64,000 bases of DNA from Chloroflexota bacterium (GCA_040752335.1 JBFMEV010000007.1:44147-108146), one strand, 5' to 3'. Positions 18,543 through 27,659 are shown, counted from the stretch's first letter. Numbers and translations are program-made. The notes: generated from the letters alone by a model not told the origin.

Positions 18543-19913
18543 TCACCGCTCGGTGACGGCCGGGACGGCTGGGACGGATGCGACGGCCGATGTCGAGTCC
18601 TCGACGGCCTCGCCGAGGACCTCGGCGATCGATTTCATCTCCGGGTCGCTCACCACGAACGGCGGACCGAGGAGGATCGAATCGCCGTTCGTGCCGTCGG
18701 CCAGGCCGGTGCCCGAGTAGATGAGCACCCCCTTCGATTTCGCTGCCCGGACGACGGCCTCGGTGACCCTCGCGGCCCGCGGGAAGGGCGCCCTCGTCTC
18801 GCGATCGGCAACGAGCTCCAGCCCGACCATGAGGCCTCGACCCCGGATCTCGCCGACGTTCGGATGTTCGCCGAGGCGGTCGCGGATCAGTGCCTGGAGC
18901 CGCTCTCCCTTCGTCGCGCTCATGGCTACGAGATCCTCGGCCTCCAGGATGCGGAGGACCTCGCCGGCCACCGCGGCACCGACGACGTGGTGCGAGAACG
19001 TGAAGCCGTGGATGAAGCCCGGGGCGCCCTCCCCGGCGACGGCCTCGTGGATCTCGCCCGATGCCGCGACGAAGCCGAATGGCCAGTAGCCCGACGTCGC
19101 CCCCTTTGCCGCGACGAGGAGATCGGGGCGCGTCGCCCAGTGGTCGACGCCGAACCAGCGGCCCGTCCGCCCGAACCCGGTCATGACCTCGTCGGCGACG
19201 AGGAGCACGCCGTGGCGGCGGCAGACCTCGGCGATCGCCGGCCAGTAGCCGTCCGGGGGGGTCGCGGCGGCGAGCGTGGCGCCGACGACGGGCTCCGCGA
19301 CGAACGCGGCCACGGTCCGCGGGCCGGCCGTGACGATGGCGCGATCGAGCTCCTCGGCCAGCTCGTCCGTCGTGGCCAGGGCGCTGGCGCCGGGATCGCC
19401 GGCCCGGTACGGGTAGGCCGCGGAGACGTGCCGGAACCGCCCCAGCCAGCCCTCGTACGGCCGGCGGAGCGGCTTGCGGCCGCTGAGGTCCAGGGCCCCG
19501 AGGCTGTTGCCGTGATAGCTGCCCCACCGGGCAATGACGATCCAGCGATCCCTTTCGCCCCTGGCCAGGTGGTAGGCGCGAGCCAGCTTGAGCGCGGTCT
19601 CGACGGCCTCGGAGCCGCCGCTGACCGCGTAGAGCCGCGGGTCGTCGACGGGGAGATGGGGTGCCGCTGCGGCCGCGTACGCCTCGAGCGGCTCGGTCGT
19701 GAAGGTGCTCCCGTGGGCATACGCGAGCCGGCCAGCCTGGGCTGCCATGACGTCGGCGATGGACTGCCGGCCGTGGCCCACGTTGACGACGATCGCGCCA
19801 CCGGCCGCATCGAGGTAGGCGCGTCCGTCCGCGTCCCAGATCGTGCTGCCCTCGGCACGCACCGCGACGGGCAGCGCCGGATCGAGCGAACGCCGAAAGA
19901 CGTGGGAGGTCAC
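18543..19913 (-). CDS. Class-III (omega) pyridoxal-phosphate aminotransferase
   Basis: 456 aa. Carries GSEAVETALKLAR, DEVMTGFGRTG and the AKGATSGYWP Lys motif. GTG start. Confidence 0.9.
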   Translation of the reverse strand: MTSHVFRRSLDPALPVAVRAEGSTIWDADGRAYLDAAGGAIVVNVGHGRQSIADVMAAQAGRLAYAHGSTFTTEPLEAYAAAAAPHLPVDDPRLYAVSGGSEAVETALKLARAYHLARGERDRWIVIARWGSYHGNSLGALDLSGRKPLRRPYEGWLGRFRHVSAAYPYRAGDPGASALATTDELAEELDRAIVTAGPRTVAAFVAEPVVGATLAAATPPDGYWPAIAEVCRRHGVLLVADEVMTGFGRTGRWFGVDHWATRPDLLVAAKGATSGYWPFGFVAASGEIHEAVAGEGAPGFIHGFTFSHHVVGAAVAGEVLRILEAEDLVAMSATKGERLQALIRDRLGEHPNVGEIRGRGLMVGLELVADRETRAPFPRAARVTEAVVRAAKSKGVLIYSGTGLADGTNGDSILLGPPFVVSDPEMKSIAEVLGEAVEDSTSAVASVPAVPAVTER

Positions 19914-19920
19914 GCCGCGG

Positions 19921-19961
19921 ATTGTAGGAGCGCGTTGGCCGGGTCACTTTGTGCAAGTGAC
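19921..19961 (-). promoter_or_regulatory. Putative leaderless promoter and operator of the aminotransferase gene
   Basis: Minus-strand TACAAT (19926-19921) lies 7 nt before the GTG at 19913. Inverted repeat GTCACTT-N5-AAGTGAC (19943-19961) sits over the -35 position. Confidence 0.35.
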
Positions 19962-20173
19962 GGGCTCGGTCGGCGTGGCCCAACGAGGCCAGCCGCGCCA
20001 GCGGGGTTCGGGCGACCCGCAGCCGCGTGTTCGGTCAGATACGATCGGGGATCGTGCTGGACCGGGCGTTGTCATCTCCTGGCGACGCATGGGCATGCCC
20101 CGGACGACGCGCCACGCACGGTTCAGCGCGGCGACGGCCGCCGACCGAGCCCTCGGGGGCCCGTGTCGGTACC

Positions 20174-20251
20174 TACCACGATCCCGGATCGTAGGTGACG
20201 GCGGATCCCGCGCTAGCGGCCGTTACCACGATCCCGGGTCGTAGGTGACGG
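20174..20251. repeat. Two 28-bp direct repeats, 50 bp apart, each with an ACGATC-N3-GATCGT palindrome
   Basis: TACCACGATCCCGGATCGTAGGTGACGG (20174-20201) and TACCACGATCCCGGGTCGTAGGTGACGG (20224-20251) differ by 1 mismatch. Confidence 0.8.
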
Positions 20252-20328
20252 GATTCGGTCCAGGCTGGCGACATCGCGACCCTTGCCTGGACGTGACGTG
20301 TTCAACGCTCCGCTCGCCCGAACATGGG

Positions 20329-20360
20329 CAGCGCCCCGGGGGAAGGGACCCGGGGCGCTG
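20329..20360 (-). terminator. GC-rich hairpin, candidate terminator of the sulfur-trafficking operon
   Basis: CAGCGCCCCGGG-ggaaggga-CCCGGGGCGCTG is a 12-bp perfect stem, about 100 nt downstream of the SQR stop. No U-tract. Confidence 0.4.
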
Positions 20361-20458
20361 TCAGCCGCGAAGGAAGCGGCGTTGATGTGGGCGGGCGGCA
20401 CGGACGGGGCGCGCTCGGATACGCCGTCCGCGGCCGTCGCCGCGCCAGCAGCGGGAGG

Positions 20459-21616
20459 TCAGACGCGACCTTTCGGCACGGTGTGGAAGTAGGTCTTGTT
20501 GAAGACGATCTTCCCGAGGTGCCAGAGCGCGTTCGGCTTCGGGGGCTTGGGCGGGTGGTCGTAGTCGAAGCGGAGGAGGGTGCCCTTGCCGTCGCCGATC
20601 TCGAAGAAGCACATGACGTTGCCCTCGTAACGGGCGTGCTTCCCCTTGGCGGCGCGCTTCTCGACCGCGGCGACGATCCCCTCGACGACGACCGGCGCCT
20701 CAAAGTGGGCCGTGGAACCGGCCTTCGACAGGGGCAGGTCCGTCGCGTCGCCCAGGGCGTACACGTTCGGCCGGTCGCCGACCCGGAGGGTGTGGCGGTC
20801 GGTCGGAAGCCAGCCGCCCGGCGCCGGGGCGAGCCCGGAGTCGATGAGGAACTGCTGGCCCTTGTGCGGCGGGACCAGGACGAGCAGGTCGTACGGGAGC
20901 TCCTCGCCCTCGAGCGACAGGACGACCTTCCGCTCCGGGTCGATGGCCTCGACGTTGAAGAACGTGTGGAGCTCGATGCCCTTCTCCTCGAGGATCGGGG
21001 TCGCCATCTCGCTCACCGATTCGATCGTGAAGGCACGGCTGATCGGCGAGCAGAAGTGGACTTCCGACTTCTCGCGGAGCCCGCGCTCGCGCAGCTCGGA
21101 CTCGATGAGGAAGGAGACCTCGAGCGGCGCCGGCGGGCACTTGTAGGGCATCGAGGCGATGCCCACGACGATCTTCCCGCCGGTGAAGGCATCGAGCGCC
21201 CGGCGCAGCTTCAGGGCGGCCTCGGCCGTGTAGAAGTGGTGGGCCTGGGTCTCGAAGTGCTCGATCGCCTCGGGCAGGATCCGGGCGCCCGTGGCGAGGA
21301 CGAGGTGGTCGTAGGGGAGCACCGTGCCGTCGGTCAGGGTGACCGTGGCGGCGGCCTCGTCGACGTGGTTGACGGTCCCGATGATGAGCCGGATCCGCTT
21401 GTCGAGGAGCGCCCGCTCGCGCTTCTGGAGCTTCTCGGCCCGCTCGCCACCCATGGCGATGTACATGAAGCCGGGCTGGTAGACGTGGGCGCCGCTGGCG
21501 TCCACGACGGCAAGGTCGACGTCGCCGGCGTCGATGCGCTTCTTGAGTCGGCGGGCGAGGAGGTTGGCGGTCAGCGTGCCGCCGACCCCGCCGCCGAGGA
21601 CGAGGATCCGGTCCAT
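20459..21616 (-). CDS. Sulfide:quinone oxidoreductase-like FAD-dependent oxidoreductase
   Basis: N-terminal ILVLGGGVGG Rossmann motif, KCPPAPLE Cys motif, ALGDA FAD motif, 385 aa from the internal ATG. Last gene of a TusA/DsrE operon. Confidence 0.75.
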   Translation of the reverse strand: MDRILVLGGGVGGTLTANLLARRLKKRIDAGDVDLAVVDASGAHVYQPGFMYIAMGGERAEKLQKRERALLDKRIRLIIGTVNHVDEAAATVTLTDGTVLPYDHLVLATGARILPEAIEHFETQAHHFYTAEAALKLRRALDAFTGGKIVVGIASMPYKCPPAPLEVSFLIESELRERGLREKSEVHFCSPISRAFTIESVSEMATPILEEKGIELHTFFNVEAIDPERKVVLSLEGEELPYDLLVLVPPHKGQQFLIDSGLAPAPGGWLPTDRHTLRVGDRPNVYALGDATDLPLSKAGSTAHFEAPVVVEGIVAAVEKRAAKGKHARYEGNVMCFFEIGDGKGTLLRFDYDHPPKPPKPNALWHLGKIVFNKTYFHTVPKGRV

Positions 21617-21621
21617 TCGGG

Positions 21622-21867
21622 CTACCGGGCCTTCTCGACGATGATCCGGTCGTGGCCCTCGAGGGCCTCGACGGCAATGAGCCGGTGGCCGGCCTTCTCG
21701 ATCCACTTGGGGATGTCGACCTTGGAGCCCTTGTCGGACGACAGGACCGCCAGGACCTCGCCCACCTGGGCCTCGCGGATCCCGCGGATGAGCTCCATCA
21801 GGGGTCCGGGGCAGAAGCTGCCGCGGGCATCGATGGTCCGGTTGATGGTGGGTGCGGTCTCGAGCAT
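21622..21867 (-). CDS. TusA-like sulfurtransferase
   Basis: 81 aa. IDARGSFCPGPLMEL is the TusA Cys-Pro-x-Pro active-site motif. Confidence 0.85.
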   Translation of the reverse strand: MLETAPTINRTIDARGSFCPGPLMELIRGIREAQVGEVLAVLSSDKGSKVDIPKWIEKAGHRLIAVEALEGHDRIIVEKAR

Positions 21868-21922
21868 CGGAGTGTCCCTTCCCGGGTCGCCGGGACGCGG
21901 CGACCCGTCGCTACGTGGTGGG

Positions 21923-22510
21923 TCAGATGAACAGCGACGCCGCGCCGTTGTTGAGGAGATCGATGACGGTGGCGGCACCCACGGGCTCGCCGAGCCCGTC
22001 GATCATGTCCTCGCGCTTGAGGCCGAACATGTCCATCGTCATCTGGCAGGGCATGAACTCGACGCCGAGGGCCTGGGCGGCCTCGAGCAGCTCCGGCGGC
22101 TTGGCGACGCCGTACTTCTTCGCCAGGACGCCCATCATCCAGGGGCCCATGCCGAGGAAGTTCATCTTCGAGAGCTTGCGGTGGCTCATGCCGGGGCGCT
22201 GCATGAACGACAGCATCTTCTGCATCCACGTCTCGCCAGTGATCCGCGTCGAGTCCTTGACGAAGGCCTGGAGGCCCCAGAAGGTGATGAAGACCTTGGT
22301 GTTGACGCCGCTGGCGGCGGCGGTCGTCGCCAGGATCAGCGAGGCCCACGACTTCTCGAGGTCGCCGCTGTACCAGATCAGGACCAGGTCGCGGCTCTTG
22401 ACCTCGTCCTCGGGGGCCAGGGCCGGCTGGGGCTCGGCCGCGGCGATCGCCTCGGCGATGGCCTCGAGACCGGGCTCGGCGGTGGTCGGTCGCTCGGTGG
22501 TGAGGGTCAT
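21923..22510 (-). CDS. DsrE/DsrF-like (COG2210-type) sulfur-relay protein
   Basis: 195 aa. Active-site-like EFMPCQMTMDMFGL motif and DsrE-like fold pattern (LVLIWYSGDLEKSW). Confidence 0.7.
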   Translation of the reverse strand: MTLTTERPTTAEPGLEAIAEAIAAAEPQPALAPEDEVKSRDLVLIWYSGDLEKSWASLILATTAAASGVNTKVFITFWGLQAFVKDSTRITGETWMQKMLSFMQRPGMSHRKLSKMNFLGMGPWMMGVLAKKYGVAKPPELLEAAQALGVEFMPCQMTMDMFGLKREDMIDGLGEPVGAATVIDLLNNGAASLFI

Positions 22511-22521
22511 CGGTTCGTGCC

Positions 22522-22758
22522 TCACTTCCGGCGGATGACGAAGCGGTAGACGGTCCCGTCGGCGGTCTGCTCCACGAGCTCGTTGCCCGTCGAGCGGCAC
22601 CAGGCGGTGAAGTCCTTGAGGGATCCGGGATCGGTGGCCAGGATCTCGACGAGTTCCCCGGAGGCGATCGTCTTGATGGCCTGCGCCGTCTTGACGATGG
22701 GCATCGGGCAGGACAGCCCGCGGGCATCGACGTTGGCGCTGATCTCGAGGGTAGCCAC
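22522..22758 (-). CDS. TusA-like sulfurtransferase (second copy)
   Basis: 78 aa. VDARGLSCPMPIVK motif. GTG start. Confidence 0.85.
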   Translation of the reverse strand: MATLEISANVDARGLSCPMPIVKTAQAIKTIASGELVEILATDPGSLKDFTAWCRSTGNELVEQTADGTVYRFVIRRK

Positions 22759-22805
22759 GGTGTTGACTCCTTCCCCGATCGGGTTCGACCCGGTCGGTCG
22801 TGCGA

Positions 22806-23228
22806 CTAGATGAAGACGACCTGGCCTTCGCCGGCATTGAGGTAGAAGGCGGTCACGCCTTCAACGCCGTCGACGAGCGGATCGAGGTCGGACTCCTCGA
22901 GACCGAGCAGGTCCATCGACAGGGAGCAGGCCTGGATGTCGACCGAGCCGAGGTCCTTGGCCTGGCGGAGGGTCTCTGCCCAGCTGGCCTGGCCGGCGGT
23001 CCGGAGAGCGTCCACGTGACCCTTACCCTCGGCCCCGGCCTCGGGAGCGAGGCCGTGATCGCGCTCGATCTTCTCGGCGCGGAAGGCATCCAGGGCCCAG
23101 TACTGCAGGAAGACGTTCACCGGCTTGCCGAGCGCCGCGGCCCCGGCCGTCAGCACGGCTGCGGCCTGGAGCTTGTCGTCGGTCCCGGAGAAGAGGACCA
23201 GGTTGATCGGTTCGTCCATGGGGTGCAT
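22806..23228 (-). CDS. DsrE/DsrF-like sulfur-relay protein (second copy)
   Basis: 140 aa. Motifs INLVLFSGTDDKLQ and DIQACSLSMDLLGL. Confidence 0.7.
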   Translation of the reverse strand: MHPMDEPINLVLFSGTDDKLQAAAVLTAGAAALGKPVNVFLQYWALDAFRAEKIERDHGLAPEAGAEGKGHVDALRTAGQASWAETLRQAKDLGSVDIQACSLSMDLLGLEESDLDPLVDGVEGVTAFYLNAGEGQVVFI

Positions 23229-23246
23229 TCCCTTCCAGCTCGTTAC

Positions 23247-23609
23247 TCAGCTCACGGTGGTCAACAGGTCGGTCATCCGGGCCGAGTCGGCGGCCCGGGC
23301 GAGGCGGTCGACCCGGCGCTCGAGGACGCCGCGCATGACGGCGCAGGCGACGAGCACGTCGGGATCCACGAGGCGGTAGCGAATCTCGCGCCCGTCGCGC
23401 TCGGCCTCGACCATCCCCGCCGTTCGCATCACGGCGAGGTGCTGCGAGACGTTTGGCTGGCTGACGCCGAGGGTTGCGGCCAGCCGTCCGACCTCGATCG
23501 GGCCGTCGGCGAGGACGTGCAGGATTTCGAGACGTCGGGGGCTCGCGAGGACCTTGAGGACCTCGGCCTGCAGGATCGTGATCTCATCCATGGCCCGATC
23601 CTGCGCCAC
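23247..23609 (-). CDS. ArsR/SmtB-family transcriptional regulator
   Basis: LKVLASPRRLEILHVLADGPIEVGRLAATLGVSQPNVSQHLAVMRTAGMV is the ArsR wHTH. Start is either GTG 23609 or ATG 23591. Only one Cys in the protein. Confidence 0.85.
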   Translation of the reverse strand: MAQDRAMDEITILQAEVLKVLASPRRLEILHVLADGPIEVGRLAATLGVSQPNVSQHLAVMRTAGMVEAERDGREIRYRLVDPDVLVACAVMRGVLERRVDRLARAADSARMTDLLTTVS

Positions 23610-23626
23610 ATGCGCACGTGCGCATG
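23609..23626. promoter_or_regulatory. Perfect 18-bp palindrome CATGCGCACGTGCGCATG, candidate ArsR operator
   Basis: Lies immediately upstream of the arsR-like gene (18 nt before ATG 23591). Confidence 0.5.
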
Positions 23627-23754
23627 AGTGCCAAGGGTCCCGTTTCGAGGGTCACGTGGCCCGGGGCGGCATGCCGAATGGCCCGGCCGCGGCGACCCGG
23701 TCCTGGGGCCGGCCCGGCGACCCGGTCCGGTGGCCCGGACCCGCGACCCCGCCG

Positions 23755-24552
23755 TCACATCGTCCGGTTGGCGATCTCCAGCTCGCACGCGGTCCAGCCA
23801 CGGAGGGCCGTCAGGCGCCGCCGATCGAGCCGCTCGCAGGCCCAGTCCCAGTGGATTGACACGACGTCGCCCGCCTGGACCTCGTCGACGAAGCCGGCGC
23901 CGTCGATCCAGCCCCGGATCCGCTCCACCCGCGGCGGTGCGAGCCGGAGCTTGGCGTCCACCATCTCGAGGGGCACCGCCGAGACGACCAGCCAGTCGCC
24001 GTCGCGCTCGAGGACGCGACCCCACCGGATCCGGCACGAGTCCATGACCTCGAGGGCCCGGTCAGTCGCCCCGGTGCGCATCAGCCCCAGGCGGGGGAAG
24101 ACGTCGAGGACGTGGAAGGCGTGGACCGGCACGGCCCCGGCCCCGGGCTTCGTCGCCAGCCAGTGCCAGCCGTCGCCCCGGAGGCGGGGCTTGAACCGCC
24201 GCTCGAGGGACGGCCCGAGATCCGAGGCCCGGACTCGATCGAGGAGCCGGTTGCCGAGCCAGTAGGCCTCCACGACGTGCTCGTCGAGGGGGTCGGCGAT
24301 GCCATTCGAGCGGGCGATGAGCTCGAGGTACGGGTAGGCGCCCTCGAACTGGCGGGCCAGCGCCCGGAGGGCCGCCTCCTCCGCGCCGTCGGTCGCCTGC
24401 TCGAAGAGCTCCTGAACCTCCTCGGGGCCGCAGTAGCCCAGCCGGTTCGGGCCGTACGCGTAGCGCGCGAACCGCACCGGACCGGGGACCGGACGGAGCG
24501 GCCGGTCCGGGGTCGCCGGTGGCACAGACCGAGGCTGGGACGCCAGGATCAT
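23755..24552 (-). CDS. Conserved-looking hypothetical protein (no confident family assignment)
   Basis: 265 aa starting MILASQPRS. ATGA overlap with the eamA stop. Non-repetitive sequence with motifs ARYAYGPNRLGYCGP and SIHWDWAC. Confidence 0.6.
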   Translation of the reverse strand: MILASQPRSVPPATPDRPLRPVPGPVRFARYAYGPNRLGYCGPEEVQELFEQATDGAEEAALRALARQFEGAYPYLELIARSNGIADPLDEHVVEAYWLGNRLLDRVRASDLGPSLERRFKPRLRGDGWHWLATKPGAGAVPVHAFHVLDVFPRLGLMRTGATDRALEVMDSCRIRWGRVLERDGDWLVVSAVPLEMVDAKLRLAPPRVERIRGWIDGAGFVDEVQAGDVVSIHWDWACERLDRRRLTALRGWTACELEIANRTM

Positions 24553-25523
24553 GCGCTGACGGGAGCGGAGAACTGGCCGGCGTTCGATGTCCGACCGGCC
24601 GAGCGGATCGCGAAGATCGCGAGCGAGATCGCCGCGGCCGCGATGAGGAGCTGGCCGGCGAGGACCGGCGTCGCCGGCAGGGCGCCCTTCTGGACGAACT
24701 GGAGCGTGGCCGTGATCGGGGCCCCCACGACGAGGATCGCCGTCACGAGGCTCGCCGGGGCTCGCTTCAGCGCGGCGTACCACGTCCCGACGTAGCCGAA
24801 CAGGAGGGCGCCGGTGCCGAGGACCCAGGCCCATTGCTCGCCGGAGAGCGCGAGGACGGCACCGGTCTTTCCGGTGATGAGAAGGTAGCCCACGAGAACG
24901 ACAAGCCCGATGCCCAGCCGGCCCGCACCGACGACCTGGGAGGGCACGGAGCCGAGAAGTCGCTTGGCGAGGATGGCCTCCACGGCCCACAGGAGGGTCG
25001 CGGCGGCAATCATCGTCTCGCCGGCTCCCCAGGCCACGCCGGTCGGCGGGATCACCAGGAGCTGGGCCACGAGCAGGACGCCCAGGGCGCCAAGCTGGGC
25101 CAGGCCCAGGCGCTCGCCGAGGAACGGCACGGCCAGAATGGCCACCCAGATGAAGAGCGTCTTGTGGATGAACGCCGCCGATGGGGCGCTGGCCATCGCC
25201 AGGCCGCTGAAGAACAGCAGGAACGGCACGCTGCCGCCGATGATCCCGATGGCGGCGAGCCGGCCCCACGCGGTCCGGTCCATCGCACGGACGTGGGCCG
25301 GGCGGACGGTCGCGGCGGCGAAGCCGACGAGGATGAGTGCCGCGATGGCGTTCTTGAGGGTCGTGAAGACCGCGGCGTCCGGGAGCTGCTTCACGGCGAA
25401 GCCGTTGACATAGATCGAGACGCCACTGATGAGCGCCGTGGCGAACGCCAGCCCGATGCCCCAGCGGAGCGAATCGGGGACACCCCGCGGGACGGCGGCG
25501 GTTCGGGCGGTGGGGCGGATCAT
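24549..25523 (-). CDS. EamA/DMT-family transporter
   Basis: 324 aa, 10 TM helices, two EamA-like halves. ATGA overlap with the hypC stop. Confidence 0.8.
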   Translation of the reverse strand: MIRPTARTAAVPRGVPDSLRWGIGLAFATALISGVSIYVNGFAVKQLPDAAVFTTLKNAIAALILVGFAAATVRPAHVRAMDRTAWGRLAAIGIIGGSVPFLLFFSGLAMASAPSAAFIHKTLFIWVAILAVPFLGERLGLAQLGALGVLLVAQLLVIPPTGVAWGAGETMIAAATLLWAVEAILAKRLLGSVPSQVVGAGRLGIGLVVLVGYLLITGKTGAVLALSGEQWAWVLGTGALLFGYVGTWYAALKRAPASLVTAILVVGAPITATLQFVQKGALPATPVLAGQLLIAAAAISLAIFAIRSAGRTSNAGQFSAPVSA

Positions 25524-25780
25524 GCGGGTCCTCCGTTTCGTGCCGCGGCCTTGGCCTGGGCCTCCTCGAGCGCGATCGCCTCGGCGAGCGTCGCACGGAT
25601 CAGCTCGGCCTCGGCTGGGTCGAGTCGTTCCACGATGCTTCCGGCGGCCACGAAGACGTGGTCGCCCGGCGCGACGTCGGGGATGAGCAGGGTCGAGGCG
25701 CGACGCCGGCGCCCTTCCTGGTCGACGGTCGCCCCGACCTCATCGACAGCCACGACGATGCCGGGGAAGCCGATGCACAT
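25520..25780 (-). CDS. hypC: HypC/HybG/HupF-family [NiFe]-hydrogenase maturation chaperone
   Basis: 86 aa beginning MCIGFPG (the essential N-terminal Cys2 motif), then the DVAPGDHVFVAAGSIVE OB-fold pattern. Confidence 0.85.
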   Translation of the reverse strand: MCIGFPGIVVAVDEVGATVDQEGRRRRASTLLIPDVAPGDHVFVAAGSIVERLDPAEAELIRATLAEAIALEEAQAKAAARNGGPA

Positions 25781-26035
25781 CGTCAGGCCCTCCCGGAGCT
25801 GCTGGGGCGCCTCATGGTCACAGCCTCCCGCCGGCCATGGCCGGCGTTGAGAGCCGCGAGTCACGCCCGGGCAGGTCGTCCGGCCCGTCGACATCGGGCC
25901 CCCGGGTCTCGGCCCGTGGGCGTGGCCGGAGCGAAGGTCATGGCATGGCATGCCGGTCGGCCCGCGACCTCGCGCCGTCCGGCTCTGCCCCGGCTCGGGA
26001 TGGCGGCGCACCCTTCGATCGGAGGTGCGCGCCCA

Positions 26036-26335
26036 ATGTCCGTCGCGCTCAGAAACGCCCCCGGCGGCCGCGTTGCGCCGCCACCGTCCCACCGGCCCAC
26101 CGACCCACCCCCCTTCACCGCGCTGGCGATCGCAAGCGACCGCTGCAAAGGCTGCGAGCTGTGCATCGGCGCCTGCCCGCACGCGGTGCTCGCCCTCGAT
26201 GCCGGCGTCGTGAACCCGCTCGGCTATCACCCGGTCCGCCTGATCGACGCGGCCGGCTGCACCAGCTGCGCCCTCTGTGCGCGTGTCTGCCCGGACGCCG
26301 TGTTCACCGTCTTCGCGCCGCGAAAGGGGGCCTGA
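26036..26335 (+). CDS. 2-oxoacid:ferredoxin oxidoreductase delta subunit (2x[4Fe-4S] ferredoxin)
   Basis: [12 protein letters not shown] and [12 protein letters not shown] cluster motifs. Start uncertain (ATG 26036; alternatives at 26000 and 25940). Confidence 0.7.
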   Translation: MSVALRNAPGGRVAPPPSHRPTDPPPFTALAIASDRCKGCELCIGACPHAVLALDAGVVNPLGYHPVRLIDAAGCTSCALCARVCPDAVFTVFAPRKGA

Positions 26336-26336
26336 C

Positions 26337-27659
26337 GTGGAACGAGGTCCTGACACCTTGACCGCGACGCGACCCACTGATCCGGGCGCAGAGCCGCCGT
26401 CCGGCCCGGGCCCGGCACCGCTCCAGGCACCACCCAAGGCCCCCGAGCGAATCCTCATGAAGGGCAACGAGGCGATCGCCGAGGCGGCCATCCAGGCCGG
26501 CTGCGATGCCTACTTCGGGTACCCGATCACGCCCCAGGCCGAGATCCTCGAATGGATGGCCCGCCGGATGCCCGAGCTCGGGCGGGTCTTCGTCCAGGCC
26601 GAGAGCGAGCTCGGGGCGATCAACATGGCCCTCGGCGCGGCCGCCACCGGGGCCCGGGTCCTCGTCAGCTCGTCGTCACCGGGAACCTCGCTCATGGCCG
26701 AGGGCATGTCGTACATGGCCGGCTCCGAGGTCCCGATGGTCTTCGTCGACATCATGCGTGGTGGGCCAGGGCTCGGCTCGATCGGGCCCAGCCAGGGCGA
26801 CTACTTCCAGATGGTCAAGGGCCACGGCCACGGTGACTACCGGACGCCGGTCCTCGCGCCATCCTCGATCGCCGAGGCCATCGATCTCGTCGCCGATGCC
26901 TACGAGATCGCCGAGCGCTACCGGACCCCGGTCGTGATCCTCGCCGACGGAACGCTGGGCCAGGCGATGGAGCCGGTCGTGCCGGCCTACCGGATGCCGC
27001 CCCGGCCGGCCTTCGACTGGGCGGTCGGTGGCGCCGGCGCAGCCGGGCGGCGTCCCCGCGTCGTCCGCTCGCTCCACCTCAAGCCCGAGGACCTCGAGGC
27101 CCACAACGAGCACCTCCAGGCGAAGTACCGGGCCATCGAGGCCGCCGAGGTCCGCTGGACCGGCGAGCTGCTCCAGGACGCCGAGCTCGTCATCGTCGCC
27201 TACGGCACCGCCGCCCGCGTCGCCCGGACGGCGATTCGGCAGGCCCGAAAGGGCGGCCTCCGGGCGGGCCTCTTCCGGCCGATCAGCCTCTGGCCGTTCC
27301 CATCGGCGGCACTCGCCGAGCTCGCCACGCGTGCCCGCGGGATCCTGACGGTCGAGCTGTCGGCGGGCCAGATGGTTGAAGACGTCCGACTGGCCGTCGA
27401 GGGCCGGGCCCCGGTCGCCTTCCATGGCCGGACCGGGGGCATGGTCCCGACGCCCGACGAGGTCCTCGCCGCGCTCCGCCACCTCTGGGCGATCACGCCG
27501 CCGAGGTCCAGGGAGGAGGTCACGGGCGAGCGCCCACCCCGCCGAACCGCCCGGTCCGTGCCCCTCGAGGATCTCGAGCCGCCAGCCCGACAGGTGCGGA
27601 CGGCCCAGACGGCGGCCCCCGATGTCGACGAGCCCGCCCTCCAGGAGGTCTGGCGATGA
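26337..27659 (+). CDS. 2-oxoacid:ferredoxin oxidoreductase alpha subunit
   Basis: [35 protein letters not shown] motif. GTG start preceded by AAAGGGGG. About 60-aa low-complexity C-terminal tail. Confidence 0.9.
   Translation: MERGPDTLTATRPTDPGAEPPSGPGPAPLQAPPKAPERILMKGNEAIAEAAIQAGCDAYFGYPITPQAEILEWMARRMPELGRVFVQAESELGAINMALGAAATGARVLVSSSSPGTSLMAEGMSYMAGSEVPMVFVDIMRGGPGLGSIGPSQGDYFQMVKGHGHGDYRTPVLAPSSIAEAIDLVADAYEIAERYRTPVVILADGTLGQAMEPVVPAYRMPPRPAFDWAVGGAGAAGRRPRVVRSLHLKPEDLEAHNEHLQAKYRAIEAAEVRWTGELLQDAELVIVAYGTAARVARTAIRQARKGGLRAGLFRPISLWPFPSAALAELATRARGILTVELSAGQMVEDVRLAVEGRAPVAFHGRTGGMVPTPDEVLAALRHLWAITPPRSREEVTGERPPRRTARSVPLEDLEPPARQVRTAQTAAPDVDEPALQEVWR

Noticed and set aside
23755-25596. 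The 613-aa ORF read as one protein, and similarly the long N-terminal extensions of ORFs at 42368-45013, 47455-49503, 48120-49928, 25520-26491 and 30757-33633.
   Set aside because: The upstream parts are Arg/Pro-rich and overlap other supported genes. Conserved domains begin at internal starts that form ATGA/GTGA overlaps with the preceding gene, so I used the shorter models.
25828-25845. Perfect 18-bp palindrome CGCCGGCCATGGCCGGCG as a definite operator.
   Set aside because: It is pure GC-rich sequence. My rough estimate is that about one perfect 18-bp palindrome per 64 kb is expected by chance at this composition, so on its own it is weak. I kept it only as a note inside the hypC finding. 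The AT-rich palindromes at 6347, 23609 and 37845 are less likely to be chance.
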